From Botryllus schlosseri (taxonomy: Eukaryota): a stretch of 64,000 nucleotides of DNA. Under the pieces are notes generated by a model. That model searched no databases. It saw only the letters and a program-made list of their open reading frames with translations, and had not been told where the DNA came from. Positions within the stretch are counted from its first letter, which is position 1, and every line of letters starts with the position of its first letter. Shown in pieces: positions 1 through 11,649 of this stretch. The stretch covers positions 8,742,001-8,806,000 of the forward strand of contig CM119386.1 in assembly GCA_051294905.1 (NCBI GenBank), read 5' to 3'. The position numbers were made by a program, and so were the translations under genes.

Positions 1-76
1 AATCACTCAACTACAAGTAAATATATAGCACAACAGAATGATATTTTGAATGCAATAAATTGATAATTCCAATTAC

Positions 77-456
77 CTCTTCAGTAGCTTCGCACAAGAT
101 GGCCAGCCGAATCCCTGAAATAATCCATTCAAAAGCCAGAGCGTTGTTAGAACATGATAAGAAGAAACGTAGCTGAAGGCAAGGTTGATGGCGCCACAAG
201 TGAATAAACCGATGGAGAACAGCTTTCTGGGACTAGTAAAATCCACTAATATTCCGCTTACGAACTTGCCGATTGCGTAGCCTAATGCGAGAGCACTTGT
301 TAATCCTCCGATCTGTTCGTTGTCAACGTTTTCATTGAGTTTGATGTTGGGGATGTTGTAAGACAGAGATTGCCGAGTTATCGTATATAAAGTATAGCCA
401 CAAAATAGCAGACAAAAGAGCAGTAGCTGCTGCCGATTAAGTACAGATCCATCCAT
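77..456 (-). CDS. SLC37A4: Glucose-6-phosphate exchanger (SLC37A4/G6PT-like MFS transporter), first coding exon; gene continues off the left edge
   Basis: GY.LY...R..S.......YAIGKFVSGILVD..SPR.LFSIGL...G..N..F......LWLLNGLFQGFGWPSCAKLLKR matches the SLC37A4/UhpC N-terminal MFS helices; 5' splice site AG|GTAATT at 77/76. Confidence 0.9.
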
Positions 457-918
457 AACACGAGTCTTTTAACTGTAGACAGTCCAAGTCGTCATAGCAA
501 AAGGAAATGCTTTCCAGAACGTCCTCAGCACCCAATGAACTGTACAAAGTACGACTGCCGCATGACCGCTGCAAATCTTACAAGGCTATGCTGCAAAACA
601 AATGAACTTCTGCAGACCAGTACTTCTAGATTGAATGTGTGAACACAGCTCGCATCACGATAGAACGATTTCGTATAAAAATCTGATATTTACGAGACTT
701 ATTAGTAAGTAAGCGATGACAAAATCTATTTGGCAATGTTTTATATGTGATAAGCACGCCTCTCTTATTGATTATATTGTACTTAACAATCTTCACATAC
801 GCATTAATGGCACTCTAGCTACGTTGCGTTCTCCGGTACTCACTCAAGCGCAACGAGATATCAACATCTTGAATGAATGACGTTACTGAGTTCGGCCGTG
901 CTTCTTTGCTATTGACAC

Positions 919-1849
919 CAGTGTTGCCAATTGGCGCATTTGGGAGCCAAATTTCGGAAATTTGGCTCTTTTAAAGGTCGGTTGGCAACGAAAAGTTACG
1001 TTTGGCGCGTTGGCTCCAATTTGGCGCATTTTACTATAAAATCATTTAACAACTGAAACTGATGTAAAGTCGAATCGCTCTTCTTTAGTTCTCGTTCTAA
1101 CCTTGTATATTAGGATTTGAAGGCCTCTATGTCATCATTTGAGTGGCTAATTGCCATCACAGTGCTTCTCTCGTACTCAATATGCTAGATCACGGGTCAC
1201 CAACGAGGGCTTAAGGACGAAGGTAGCCCGTAAGGACCAGATGAGTCGCCCGCGTGCCTGTTCTAAAAAATGGAGTAACAGCTCTTTTACCAGTGAGCTT
1301 TTATATAATGGGATTGGTTTATTTAGGTGTTCTTGTGTGAATCACACTAACATGTAACTTAGTCACTCCTGCCATTTACCCGCTTCAATAATTTACTGTT
1401 TTTGGCTGTAACTCGTTTTGTGTTCACAATAAAGAATACTTTCTTCTTAAGACAGATAGAAACATGATATCTTGGCAGCTTTTGAGCTATATATCATGGC
1501 TCAACGAGCAGTAGTTGTCGAGTTGTGCAATTTTACCCCTTCGTGCGCAGAAATGGGGGGGTTGCCGGCTGGAAAATAGGGGCAATTCCCTAAAGTCAAT
1601 TTTTATTGAAGTGTCAGGTCGTTTGTTGGGATTTAAGAACCCCCTTTATTCGATTAAAAAAAGGTATTTTCACTCCACTCTAATGTGAAAGTGCACAGGC
1701 TGTTGACAACGTATCATTTTCGTGTTTTATTAGGTGTAATTTATAAGCATATTTGTTGAAATCGAAAATAGTTGGCTCCTTGAAGGGCCATTTGGCACAT
1801 TTTGGAGAGAAATTTGGCTCTTTTGGACCACCAGCAGTTGGCAACCCTG
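919..1849. mobile_element. Non-autonomous hAT element (MITE)
   Basis: TIRs CAGTGTTGCCAA / TTGGCAACCCTG; perfect 8-bp TSD ATTGACAC (911-918, 1850-1857). Confidence 0.9.
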
Positions 1850-2159
1850 ATTGACACCTTGTTCGTTCTATTTCGTCGGGACTCTGTTGCCAGCGATGAA
1901 AGCATGACAAATGGTAAGTATGGATAATTGAGCCTTGAATTAGTTGGTGTACTATCGTTGGAAAAACCCATTGACATATGCCGTGTAACTTGTGAGAATT
2001 GAGCAACTATTCTCAACTATTGTTGTCACAATTTTGTTATTCTCATCCGCTCAAAGCACGCGATGCACAAGACACAATGCAATGAGCAGATAGGAGGATG
2101 GCGAACCGACCAAGTTTCTCTCAATCAAATATCCACCATTCAAAACAGTGTTTGATGAT

Positions 2160-3299
2160 GGGTAACCCTAAAAGGAGGGAACGCGGAAACTGCGGAAAAC
2201 GCGGAACTCGCGGAAATGGCCCCTAAAACGCGGAAAATGCGGGAAACCTCGATTCCTAAAGCGCTGAAACAGAGGAAAACGCGGAACGCGGAACAGTCGG
2301 TCATTGACCTCTATAGATCACAAAGTAGGCACTAAACGAGGAAACAGCGGAAAAGGCGGAACGCGGGACAGTCGATCATTGACATTTGTAGATCTCACAG
2401 AGGAACTCTAAAGTCTAAAACGACGAAACCGCGGGACACCAATTTTAGATTAGGGTTAGGGGAGGTGGGATATTAGGGTTAGGGGTTAGGGTTAGCTTAG
2501 GATTAGGTTATGGTTAGGGGAGGTGGGATATTAGGGTTAGGGTTAGCTTAGGATTAGGGTTAGGGGAGGTGGGATATTTGGGTTGAGTGAGGTGGGATAT
2601 TAAGGTTAGGGGAGGTGGAATATTAGGGTTAGGGGAGGTGGGATATTAGGGTTAGGGGAGGTGGGATATTAGGGTTAGCTTAGGATTAGGGTTAGGGGAG
2701 GTGGGATATTAGGGTTGAGGGAGAGGGTGATATTAGGGTTGAGGAAGAGGGGATGTTAGGGTTGGATATCATGTCCCTAAGCCTCTTCTCCAACCCAAAT
2801 ATCACCCCTCTCCCCAACCCTAACATCCCCCTCTCTCCAACCCTAATATCCCACCTCCCCTAACCCTAATATCCCACCTCCCCTAACCATAATATTCCAC
2901 CTCCCCTAACCCTAATCCTAACCTAACCCTAATCATAACCCTAACCTAACCCTAATCCTAAGCTAACCCTAACCCATAACCCTAATATCCCACCTCCCCT
3001 AACCCTAATCTAAAATTGGTGTCCCGCAGTTTCGTCGTTTTAGACTTTAGAGTTCTCTATGAGATCTACAAATGTCAATGACCGACTGTCCCGCGTTCCG
3101 CCTTTTCCGCTGTTTCCTCGTTTTAGTGCCTACTGTGTGATCTATAAAGGTCAATGACCGACTGTTCCGCGTTCCGCGTTTTCCTCTTGTTTCAGCGCTT
3201 TAGGAATCGAGGTTTCCCGCTTTTTCCGCAGTTTCCGCGTTTTAGGGGCCGTTTCCGCGTTTTCCGCAGTTTCCGCGTTCCCTCCTTTTAGGGTTACCC
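2160..3299. mobile_element. MULE-like foldback element, almost entirely palindromic, with a telomere-like TTAGGG-variant core
   Basis: TIR GGGTAACCCTAAAAGGAGGG at both ends; TSD TTTGATGAT (2151-2159, 3300-3308; 9 bp, or 10 bp depending on where the left terminus is placed); GCGGAA subrepeats in the arms. Confidence 0.9.
2450..3008. repeat. Interstitial telomere-like array: G-rich (TTAGGG/TTAGGGGAGGTGGGATA) left half, C-rich mirror right half
   Basis: Many TTAGGG and CCCTAA units visible, symmetric about ~2770. Confidence 0.85.
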
Positions 3300-3369
3300 T
3301 TTGATGATGTTGCTTTGGCTGCTTCAGTGATAAACCTCTGATGTGATACGGTACATAATAATATGAAAC

Positions 3370-3437
3370 ATGCTACTGCTGGGACTCGAAACGGGGTCTC
3401 TCATTCCGAAAGCTTTGGATTAACCAACTGTGCACTG
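3370..3437 (-). repeat. Degenerate tRNA-like/SINE head
   Basis: Minus strand CACAGTTGGTTAA (A-box-like) ... CGTTTCGAGTCCC (B-box-like). Confidence 0.3.
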
Positions 3438-4179
3438 TGCCAACCTCCTTTCCTCATACGCCTAACAATACGCAAACAATAATCTCCAGTAACCCTACAA
3501 AGATTATATTTCGATCAACACACAATATACGATGCAATGAACAAATAAGACAAACAATCATATTAATTATACACGATACCTCTCCTGTTAGTATCCAACT
3601 GTCACTACAGCCTGCTGATGTCATTAGTACTATTGGCCAGCATTCTGGTGATATTGATAATAGATTCACGATATCTGTGTTCTTTCTTGCCCTTTCATTC
3701 TGTTCCCATGCATGCATCTTCCGCCGGGTCTGTTATTTTATCCTTGCAGGGGTGGGGGTGGTGCCGTACTGGTTTTGATTTTATTTAAAATTGTCATCAA
3801 AGTCAGTCGCTATCAAATGACCAATAGATGTCAAAACAGCACATTAATTTTATCATTTCAACTCCCAACATAATCTACTATAAGTAGCACTAGAACTAAA
3901 CTGGCCTAACCAAATCAAGTGCATATGAAATTCAAGATGATAACACGGCGCAGGCACGATCAACATAGATGAAACTAAATCGAATCAATTTTTTCATATT
4001 GCAGTCTACTCCTTCGATGGCATGATTGTGTTTGGACTGCTTCTCATATGCACCTGCGCTTATTTGAAGAAAATTCCACGACTCAAGCAGTGGATGTTCA
4101 GTGAGAAGAAAGGGGTGTGGGGCGTATTTTATAAAGGTGAGTTTTGCTGTAAGTAGGGTGACTGAAGAAACACGTAGAC

Positions 4180-5284
4180 TAGGGTTACCATATTTTTGTG
4201 GCGCCAATTCTGAACACTCTTCAGCGCCCACTAGCGGGTTTCACAATGAGGTATGAACACATTGCCAGTCAATATGACGTCACGCTAGCAAAGCTTCGCC
4301 TATCGGCTGTATACGGGAGTGGATCAGTAGAACATAGGTTCTAAATTGGGCCATCTCTATTGTGATCTCTGGTGATTGCTTGCGTCTGTGACAGATTTCT
4401 TCACAGGCCGGATGAAATCGTCTGGTGGACCTTGTCCGGTCCGCCGCTCGTGTGTTTGACAGACGGCTGCTATACTTTTAGGTCGGTGCAGTTATCTGGT
4501 TGTGTGTTAACCAGGTCAGAAACAACATTCTTTGAGCCTCCTTCCGCAAAAAATGCACTGATCTTTGGACCACCATAGGGTAATCGATGCAACTTCTAGG
4601 GGGCTTATACTATATGCATCTGCTGTTAAATTTTGTGAATGAATTCTCTCAGTAATATTGGTTCTTCCACATAGTAGCCTACTATGAAACGCACCAGCAG
4701 GTTGCGCATCCGATGGTTTCCAACTTTTTATGGTTGCGACGTCATTTCCAATTTGAAAATGTTCCGTGGTCAAGCTCTAAAATTGATAGGCTGATTTTTG
4801 ATAACTAAAAAAGGTCAGCTTGCCCAGACTTACTCGAGGCCTATTTTGGAAGCTGATAGCGTCCAACATCTTTGCGATTCCCAGAATAAAGGCGAACCAC
4901 CCCCAGGTTTAGAAAACTGTCTTTTACTAAAGCACCCAAATTGCGTTAACCAACTTCAGTAACATACTCTTATCTTAAAATTGTAATTACAACTTAGACT
5001 TATTTCAGTAAATGAGGGTCATTTTTATTCATTTTTGATTGCATTTGTAGCGAGGGCGGTGCGTGTCCCCATATTAATATCAATATATACACGAAGAAAA
5101 ATTTTAAATAGCTGAAATCTGTCTAAAAATAATATTGTTTATGTTGATTTACGAAAATATTTTCAGCTTACTTCAAGCCTTCAAAATTCCAGACATTTAG
5201 GCATATTTTAAAATTTCTACCCGGACACAGTTTTAAAGTGAAATTCCGGACATGTCCGGGCATTCTGGACGTATGGCAACCCTA
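4180..5284. mobile_element. Non-autonomous hAT element
   Basis: TIRs TAGGGTTACCATA / TATGGCAACCCTA; 8-bp TSD ACGTAGAC / ACATAGAC (7/8); related shorter copy near 54925-55261. Confidence 0.8.
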
Positions 5285-6059
5285 ACATAGACCTACTGAG
5301 TGAATGAATATAAATATTGTTTCCTAAAGAAATAATTGTTTCTTTCCGTCTCTGTCTGGAACGCTATCAACGATTTTGCTACACTTCTTAATTTTGATAT
5401 ATTCCATACACAACTTCCAGTCCAACTGCACCATTCAGTAGGGCTGTTAGATTAGTCATTAAGCTGGATCTTGGCTTGTAAAAAATTGTCACTTACTTTG
5501 GTCTGACAGAGGTAACAAGGACTTGTCCCAAGCTGCTTTCCGAGACGGCGAGATCACATGCTTTTCGTGATGGTTGTTCATTTTATTTTATAAATGCATT
5601 AATTTGATTTGGGATCAATCCTAGTAGTAGATGCTTTATTGGATATATTGATGTCCATGTTTTGTAGTCCTTGATATCGGTGTTATAAAATAAAATGATA
5701 TTCTTTGAGAAATTTCATCTCAACGCTACAGAGCCTACTTACTGTGTTTGACAATTCATTAAAATAGCCAATGAATGATGAACACAAGTGTATGGAAATA
5801 TTGAGAATGTTCTGTTGTTAAATTTGGAAGTAGTTCATAAATAATAGCAATTTCCTTATTCGAATTCAACGTACAAATTACTATTCATGAACATCAATTT
5901 TAGGGCAGCTTATAAATCCATCCTTCGCCGATACACGACAATATGGAAGTTACTAATTTCCTTCTTATTCACAGCTGCTGTCATTGGAACGAGACTGCAC
6001 ATAGGGGTCGCTATCTCATGCGTGCTGAGCGCCGTCTATATTCTGGTATTGAAGTAAAG

Positions 6060-7022
6060 ATGACGATGTCAAGGTTTTTCGTATTAGTGTTGCTTGTACT
6101 AGACTGTGTCGTCGCGTCATCAGATGTAGAATGGGACGCTAACGGATACGTACTGTATTGCCCTTGTATGGGGCGTTTCGGTAATCAAGTCGAACAATTT
6201 CTAGGAGCTCTACGATTTATTAAAGAGATGAACAGAACTATTGTCGTCCCGCCTTGGGTTGCGTACAACCATGAAGAGGGGACTAGCTTCACGTCTTACT
6301 CGTCATGGTTTGATATGGACGAGTTGAACAAATACCATCGCGCCATTCCTATGGAGACATTTATGAAGGAACTAGCACCGATTCATTGGCCTGATGATGG
6401 GAAATCTAGGAAAGTATATTGTCCAGATGGGGCTACTAAAAGAAGCGACGATGGAAAATCTTGTCCCGCAAAAATCGGTAACCCATTCGGGCCATTTTGG
6501 GATCATTCTAATATCGAATTTACTGGCGGATCGGAAGTGTTTGATTATGGAAAAATGTGGGGTTACAATGCTAAGAAATGGGTGGAAGGCTATCCTCCGT
6601 CAGCGCACCCGGTCATTGCGTTTATGGGTGCCCCCGGAAGTTTCCCCATCAAGCAAGAGGACAGGGGACTTCAGAAGTATGTGAAATTTTCTTCCAAAAT
6701 TCAAGATATCGCTTTAAGTTTCATTGAAAAGTCTCTGAAAAGACCCTACCTCGCCGTGCATTTGAGGAATGGAATGGACTGGGTTCGGTCGTGCGAACAC
6801 GTAGGCGGGTCGACCGTGTACCATGACTTTATGGGGTCTGCACAGTGCTGCGGGTATGACCCTAGAAAAAAACACACTCTCACTAAGGAGATGTGCCTTC
6901 CCACAAAGACTTCTATCGTTGAGAAAGTCAGACGTGTTTCCGCGCTCCATAACGTGTCGCATGTCTTTATCGCCACCGACAAAGACGCGATGCTGGCGGA
7001 ATTCAGGGATACCGGACTTGAG
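6060..7022 (+). CDS. POFUT1: GDP-fucose protein O-fucosyltransferase 1, exon 1 (321 codons)
   Basis: Signal peptide MTMSRFFVLVLLVLDCVVASS, then WDANGYVLYCPCMGRFGNQ...LNRT-like MNRTIVVPPW, HPVIAFMGAPGSFP, YLAVHLRNGMDW, VFIATD; donor GAG|GTGGGT at 7022/7023. Confidence 0.97.
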
Positions 7023-8630
7023 GTGGGTGCAGCCTTGTTGTTTTTATTTCTCTCGAATTTTGTCAGCTGTTAAACGATGTGGAATATTGTGTTGCATTCG
7101 TTTCGTGTTTTATATTAACTGATGGGGCGTGGGAGTAATTATATGCCAGATAAACACTTTGACGGTGCTGTCACGATTACCAGTGAATTTGGTACTTGAC
7201 TGCCTTGAATCCTAATCCTGGCCTAACCTTGAAACCTTACCAGAACGCATTAATACTTACATAGTAAGTGCCGCATTCAACAAGTGACTTATATCACAAT
7301 TCATTCTCGTATTTGGTGTAGCAATGATTTTCGTATTTATTACTACAATGTTGGAAGAAACTCTTGGAAGTACAGAACTTCAATATACAATTTAGTAACA
7401 TTCATATTAAAATGTACCCGAGTCCTGACACTCAGTATCAGTTTATTAATGTTTTCATCATTTCAAAACACCACAAAACTACGACACAACAAAAGGATAG
7501 GCAGATGTCGAAACGACTGTGGGATGATCGTCAGCAACTAGTAGAGAATAGAGACGACCTGATAAGTGGGGCAATTTTTTTTTATCTAAAAACGGAAGAG
7601 TTTGACCTAAAAATCTAACTTTTGACATATTTTGACCTTCAAAAACATAATATTGACCCAACGTATTCAAATTACGTGTTTTCCCATGTAATGTTTGGAT
7701 TGAACTACTTAGGTTCGAACTGTCTGTTCTTACGAAGTAGTTCGGCCTGAACAAACTTTTTGGACCCAAAAATTGACATTTTTAACGAAATCTAGCCCTA
7801 TGAAGAATTCCAGTAGTTAGCCTACATGGCGTATTATTGCAGAAGTAATTGATATCTGTTGTAGTACAACGAAAGATACTTTCCAGCATTCTCGAGTAGA
7901 AAGTGTCTGTTCTTACTAAGTAGCTTGGCAAGAATCGAGAAGGAACATTCAACAGTAGCAGTTGTTTGTTAGCTGACAACATTGAAGTTGTGCGTGCGTA
8001 CACTGCTGGTGACACAACGTGATGCTTCATTCTGACAATGGTGTCTACTTCACAGTTTTCATAATGCGCTTCTTGAGATAAGAACCATACAATACCCAGC
8101 AGTCTTGCTTCAGTTAGGATATTGCGGTACGTTGAGCATAACACCATGTCAACCTATTCGTTTTATTTGAATGTTTATGATTCACAATGAGCAGACAATG
8201 GGCCGTCTACAATTTTGACTGGCAATTTTTGACCTAACTCAACAATTTCGACCTAATTTTGACTTTTTTTGACATTAAAAAAAATTGCCCTACTGCTAAG
8301 TGTCTGCCAAAAATATTCGATAGTGATGCAATATTGATGCATCGCTTATTCGCTTTCATAATGATAGTAGTAAATACATTGTTAATGCCAAATTCGCCGA
8401 ATTCACTGGTTATCGATGTCACAATTCTTGAAACTTGAGTGAGATATATAACAATTGTTGATAAAATTATATGATTTTACACTTCAGCTCTTTTTGACCC
8501 GTTGTGCACCCCTGGGATTCACGCAGAAGCCACATATAATTGTGGTGGCGAGACTTTTTATTGAATTTATCATGAAAGTACATATTTTTGGTACAATCTG
8601 AAATCGATTCCACGTTCCTTTTCATTTTAG

Positions 8631-8819
8631 CTCGTTAAGTATCCGTCCAACTACCCGGTAGTGGACATGGCGATAATGACGATGGCCGATGCTTTCATTG
8701 GAAATTGCGTGTCAACCTTCACTTCGTTTGCTGTACGGGACAGGGAGGTCAAAGGTCTGCCAAATTATTTTTGGGCCTTCGAGGAGGAACATCCGAAAAT
8801 TGCTCATGAAGAACTATGA
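8631..8819 (+). CDS. POFUT1: POFUT1 exon 2 (last exon), ending in ER-retention signal HEEL
   Basis: Acceptor TTTCATTTTAG|; LVKYPSNYPVVDMAIMTMADAFIGNCVSTFTSFAVRDREVKGLPNYFWAFEEEHPKIAHEEL*; phase 0 join gives a 383-aa protein. Confidence 0.95.
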   Translation, partial: LVKYPSNYPVVDMAIMTMADAFIGNCVSTFTSFAVRDREVKGLPNYFWAFEEEHPKIAHEEL

Positions 8820-10193
8820 AACTACCAACGACTCAACCTTGGGATATGATGTTGAAATTCATTGCTATATAATTATAGTGGAGTGTAGTGCAACACATCT
8901 GTAGATCCTGACAGTTACTGTTCTGCGTATATGAACGACAATGGAATATACTACTGATTTTTACCTTGTAATAACCGCACAAGAAGTGTTGTTCGCGACC
9001 ATAGAGAGTTTGACTAAATTGCGCTAACGTCTGGTATCTTCGATGCCTGCGCTACTTTCTTATTTACATCAGCCTATTATTTCTGCTGTTATGTGCTTGG
9101 TTATACTTAAGATCAAATTCTTTTGTCCAAGCCTCGTGTTGTATTGTAGAGATATTGTAGAATTATGGAATGTTACCATGTTTTCCATCAGCCTCATCTT
9201 GATCGTGCCTAGTGTGGTCACAGTCTCAAATCGAATAATCACCATTACTTATTATTGTAATCAGTAATTGCTACCTTACGGTTATGGTTGTAATTGTTGC
9301 TCATCGTATCTTGATGATGTATCAGTTGAAGCAATTATCAGCGTAGCATTGAAATGTAGAGGTTTGCCGCAACTGCTGCATAGGTTATCACGAAAAAAAG
9401 AACGTTGAAACTCACTGTAGGACGAATTTAACTCCAGGTTATAGCGGGGGAGTTGGTTGATCTATACGTTGGAGTCTCGGCTGTAGCACGTTAATAAGTT
9501 GCGGGGGTTTATTCTGGTTTCTTTGCCACTGCCCAACTCTTATAGAGTCTCGGCAAAAGAGGCCAGTGAAACCACATGAAGGAGGAACCGATCTAACACA
9601 GCGCTAAAAAGGCACACAGTCGAAAGACGATAGCAGTCAGTCAGTCTGTAGGTAGAGTCAGATGTTTTTTGATAGACCGTAACTGCTAAATATGAGATAC
9701 TATCTGCTCTTGTGTAACGCATTGTATGCTGTGTGTTTTGGACGGATGAAAATAATTGAGCTGATTATTATTAATCATCTCGGACTTGTCAAAATGTTGG
9801 CGGCATCATGAAAGTTGGAGCATAGCATAAACATTGATATAATTTCAGAACGTTATTGGATTGCGATACAATCAAAAGATACGAAGAAGTCGAAAAGACA
9901 AAAAATATTCTTATCAGCCAAATACATACGGTCCATCAATCAATCGACAGATTATATTTCATCTGCCCACGACACACACATAATATAGGCCTACAATGGA
10001 ATGCGATGTACAAAAAACACAATGCGGTGTCCACAAAAAGTCTACTTTCCCCTTATCCATCTTGAACTAGTGCCCGATGTCACAGTCTTCTTCGTCGGTC
10101 CTTTTTTAGAAGCTATTCATTCCTCTTTTTCGTTCTTTCGGGTCTTTTTTTTTCTTGACTTTTTTGTCGCCGTAAGATTAGCGACAGAATAAC

Positions 10194-10248
10194 CTCCGAC
10201 GGCGGGAATCGAACCCGTGCCGCGTGCTTGGATGGCTCCAAAACTACC
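10194..10248 (-). pseudogene. tRNA-Gly(TCC)-like fragment (anticodon loop, T-arm, 3' acceptor strand; D-arm and 5' strand missing)
   Basis: Minus strand GCCATCCAAGCACGCGGCACGGGTTCGATTCCCGCCGTCGGA resembles the 3' half of eukaryotic tRNA-Gly-TCC; B-box GGTTCGATTCC. Confidence 0.45.
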
Positions 10249-10600
10249 CCCCCCCCCGATATCTTCACATATATTACTCTATAAATGTACTCTGTAGGAG
10301 TTTCGTCGTGATTGATACAGAAGTTTTTTTGATACATATTAACGATCATGTACTTCCCTTTCGGTTCTATACGAGAGGATTTCAATATTCAAATCATACC
10401 GTGGTGTTTATATCATAGTCATACAGCAGCTGTAAACGACTATGTTTATATAGCTCAGTGGTGGTGATTCGGTGAAGCTATAGATAACTAACCTCCGTAG
10501 GTTAGTTATCTATAGTGAAGCTACTGCTCAATATTGCTATGAGTTACTCATGCGTAGAAAACCATAGACTTTCAAATTTTATTATGCTTTATCATTATTA

Positions 10601-11463
10601 GGCCCTGTGGATATACGCAGTTCACGCAGCTCACGCAGGTATCAACGCAGTTCACGCAGGTACGTTATCATATCTTGAGTTTATCAGTCACCTATTTTAA
10701 AATTCGTTGAATTTGCATTTTGCCAGATGGTTTGAAGCGGCTGAAGGAGACACTGTGCTCGAGTGAGCTGACGACGTGGACTAGCATCGAACAGGCGGCC
10801 TTGGAAGCAAAATCTATACTGCTACCGGTAGTGCTGGTTTCTTCCAACATTTGGAACGCAGATCCCGATCGGCGAAAGTTCATATGTGATCCTTGATGAA
10901 GGAGCGAAAAGGAAGCGAATGTGAAGAACGGGATATTTCGTATCTCTATTCCCAAATACATCAAGTTGATCGCTTATGTCCATTAATTAAAGAAATAACA
11001 CCTCAATGTCGTCATAGTCAACTCATGGTCTACTTTGGACGTACGTCACAAAGATGCGAATTTTCGGACAGATAATATGGAGTTTGCACAGCTGTTCTTA
11101 GATTAGTTGATATCATTATTGATGTAGTGGAATAATTGGCTACTATATAATTTCTTTGCTGTTCACCAATTTAATTGGCAAGCTTCGTTGCGAGTTACTT
11201 TCAAAGAGGAAGCTAAAACTCGTTTCAGACAGATAATAAATGCGTGAACTGTGTGAGCTGCGTGAACTGCGTCCAAGGCCGCCTGTTTGATGCTAGTTCA
11301 GGTCACGCTAGCAAACCATCTGACAAAATGCAAATACAACGAATTTAAAAATCGGCGACAAAAAAACTCAAGACATGATAACCTACCTGCGTGAACTGCG
11401 TTGATACCTGTGTGAACTGCGTGAGCTGCGTGAACTGCGTGAACTGCGTATATCCACAGGGCC
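10601..11463. mobile_element. MULE-like MITE (GGCCCTGTGGATATA family) with TTCACGCAG subterminal repeats
   Basis: TIR GGCCCTGTGGATATACGCAG at both ends; perfect 9-bp TSD TCATTATTA (10592-10600, 11464-11472). Confidence 0.9.
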
Positions 11464-11649
11464 TCATTATTATTGTGCAGTGAGTTCGGGCATCCCTAAA
11501 AGACGGAGAAGCGGAGGCAGCGGAGACAGCGGAGGCAGCGGAGAACGGACCCTAAAACGCGGAAGCAACGGAGACGGCGGAGAGAGCCAAAAATGCCGAT
11601 TCCTAAAAGACGGAGACAGCGGACCTAGCGGAGATCGGAGCTTTAGGTC

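Noticed and set aside
2450-3008. Real chromosome end or telomere fusion
   Set aside because: The repeats are degenerate, short and enclosed by TIRs plus a TSD, so they are transposon cargo
5943-6059. In-frame upstream ATG extending the POFUT1 ORF by 39 aa
   Set aside because: The signal peptide begins at MTMSRFFVLV (6060) and the extension has no recognisable character; the ORF tail 7023-7073 is intron read-through
7782-8147. 121-aa minus-strand ORF in the POFUT1 intron
   Set aside because: No recognisable domain or splice context; it lies between degenerate inverted repeats (~7565 and ~8297) of a probable old MITE
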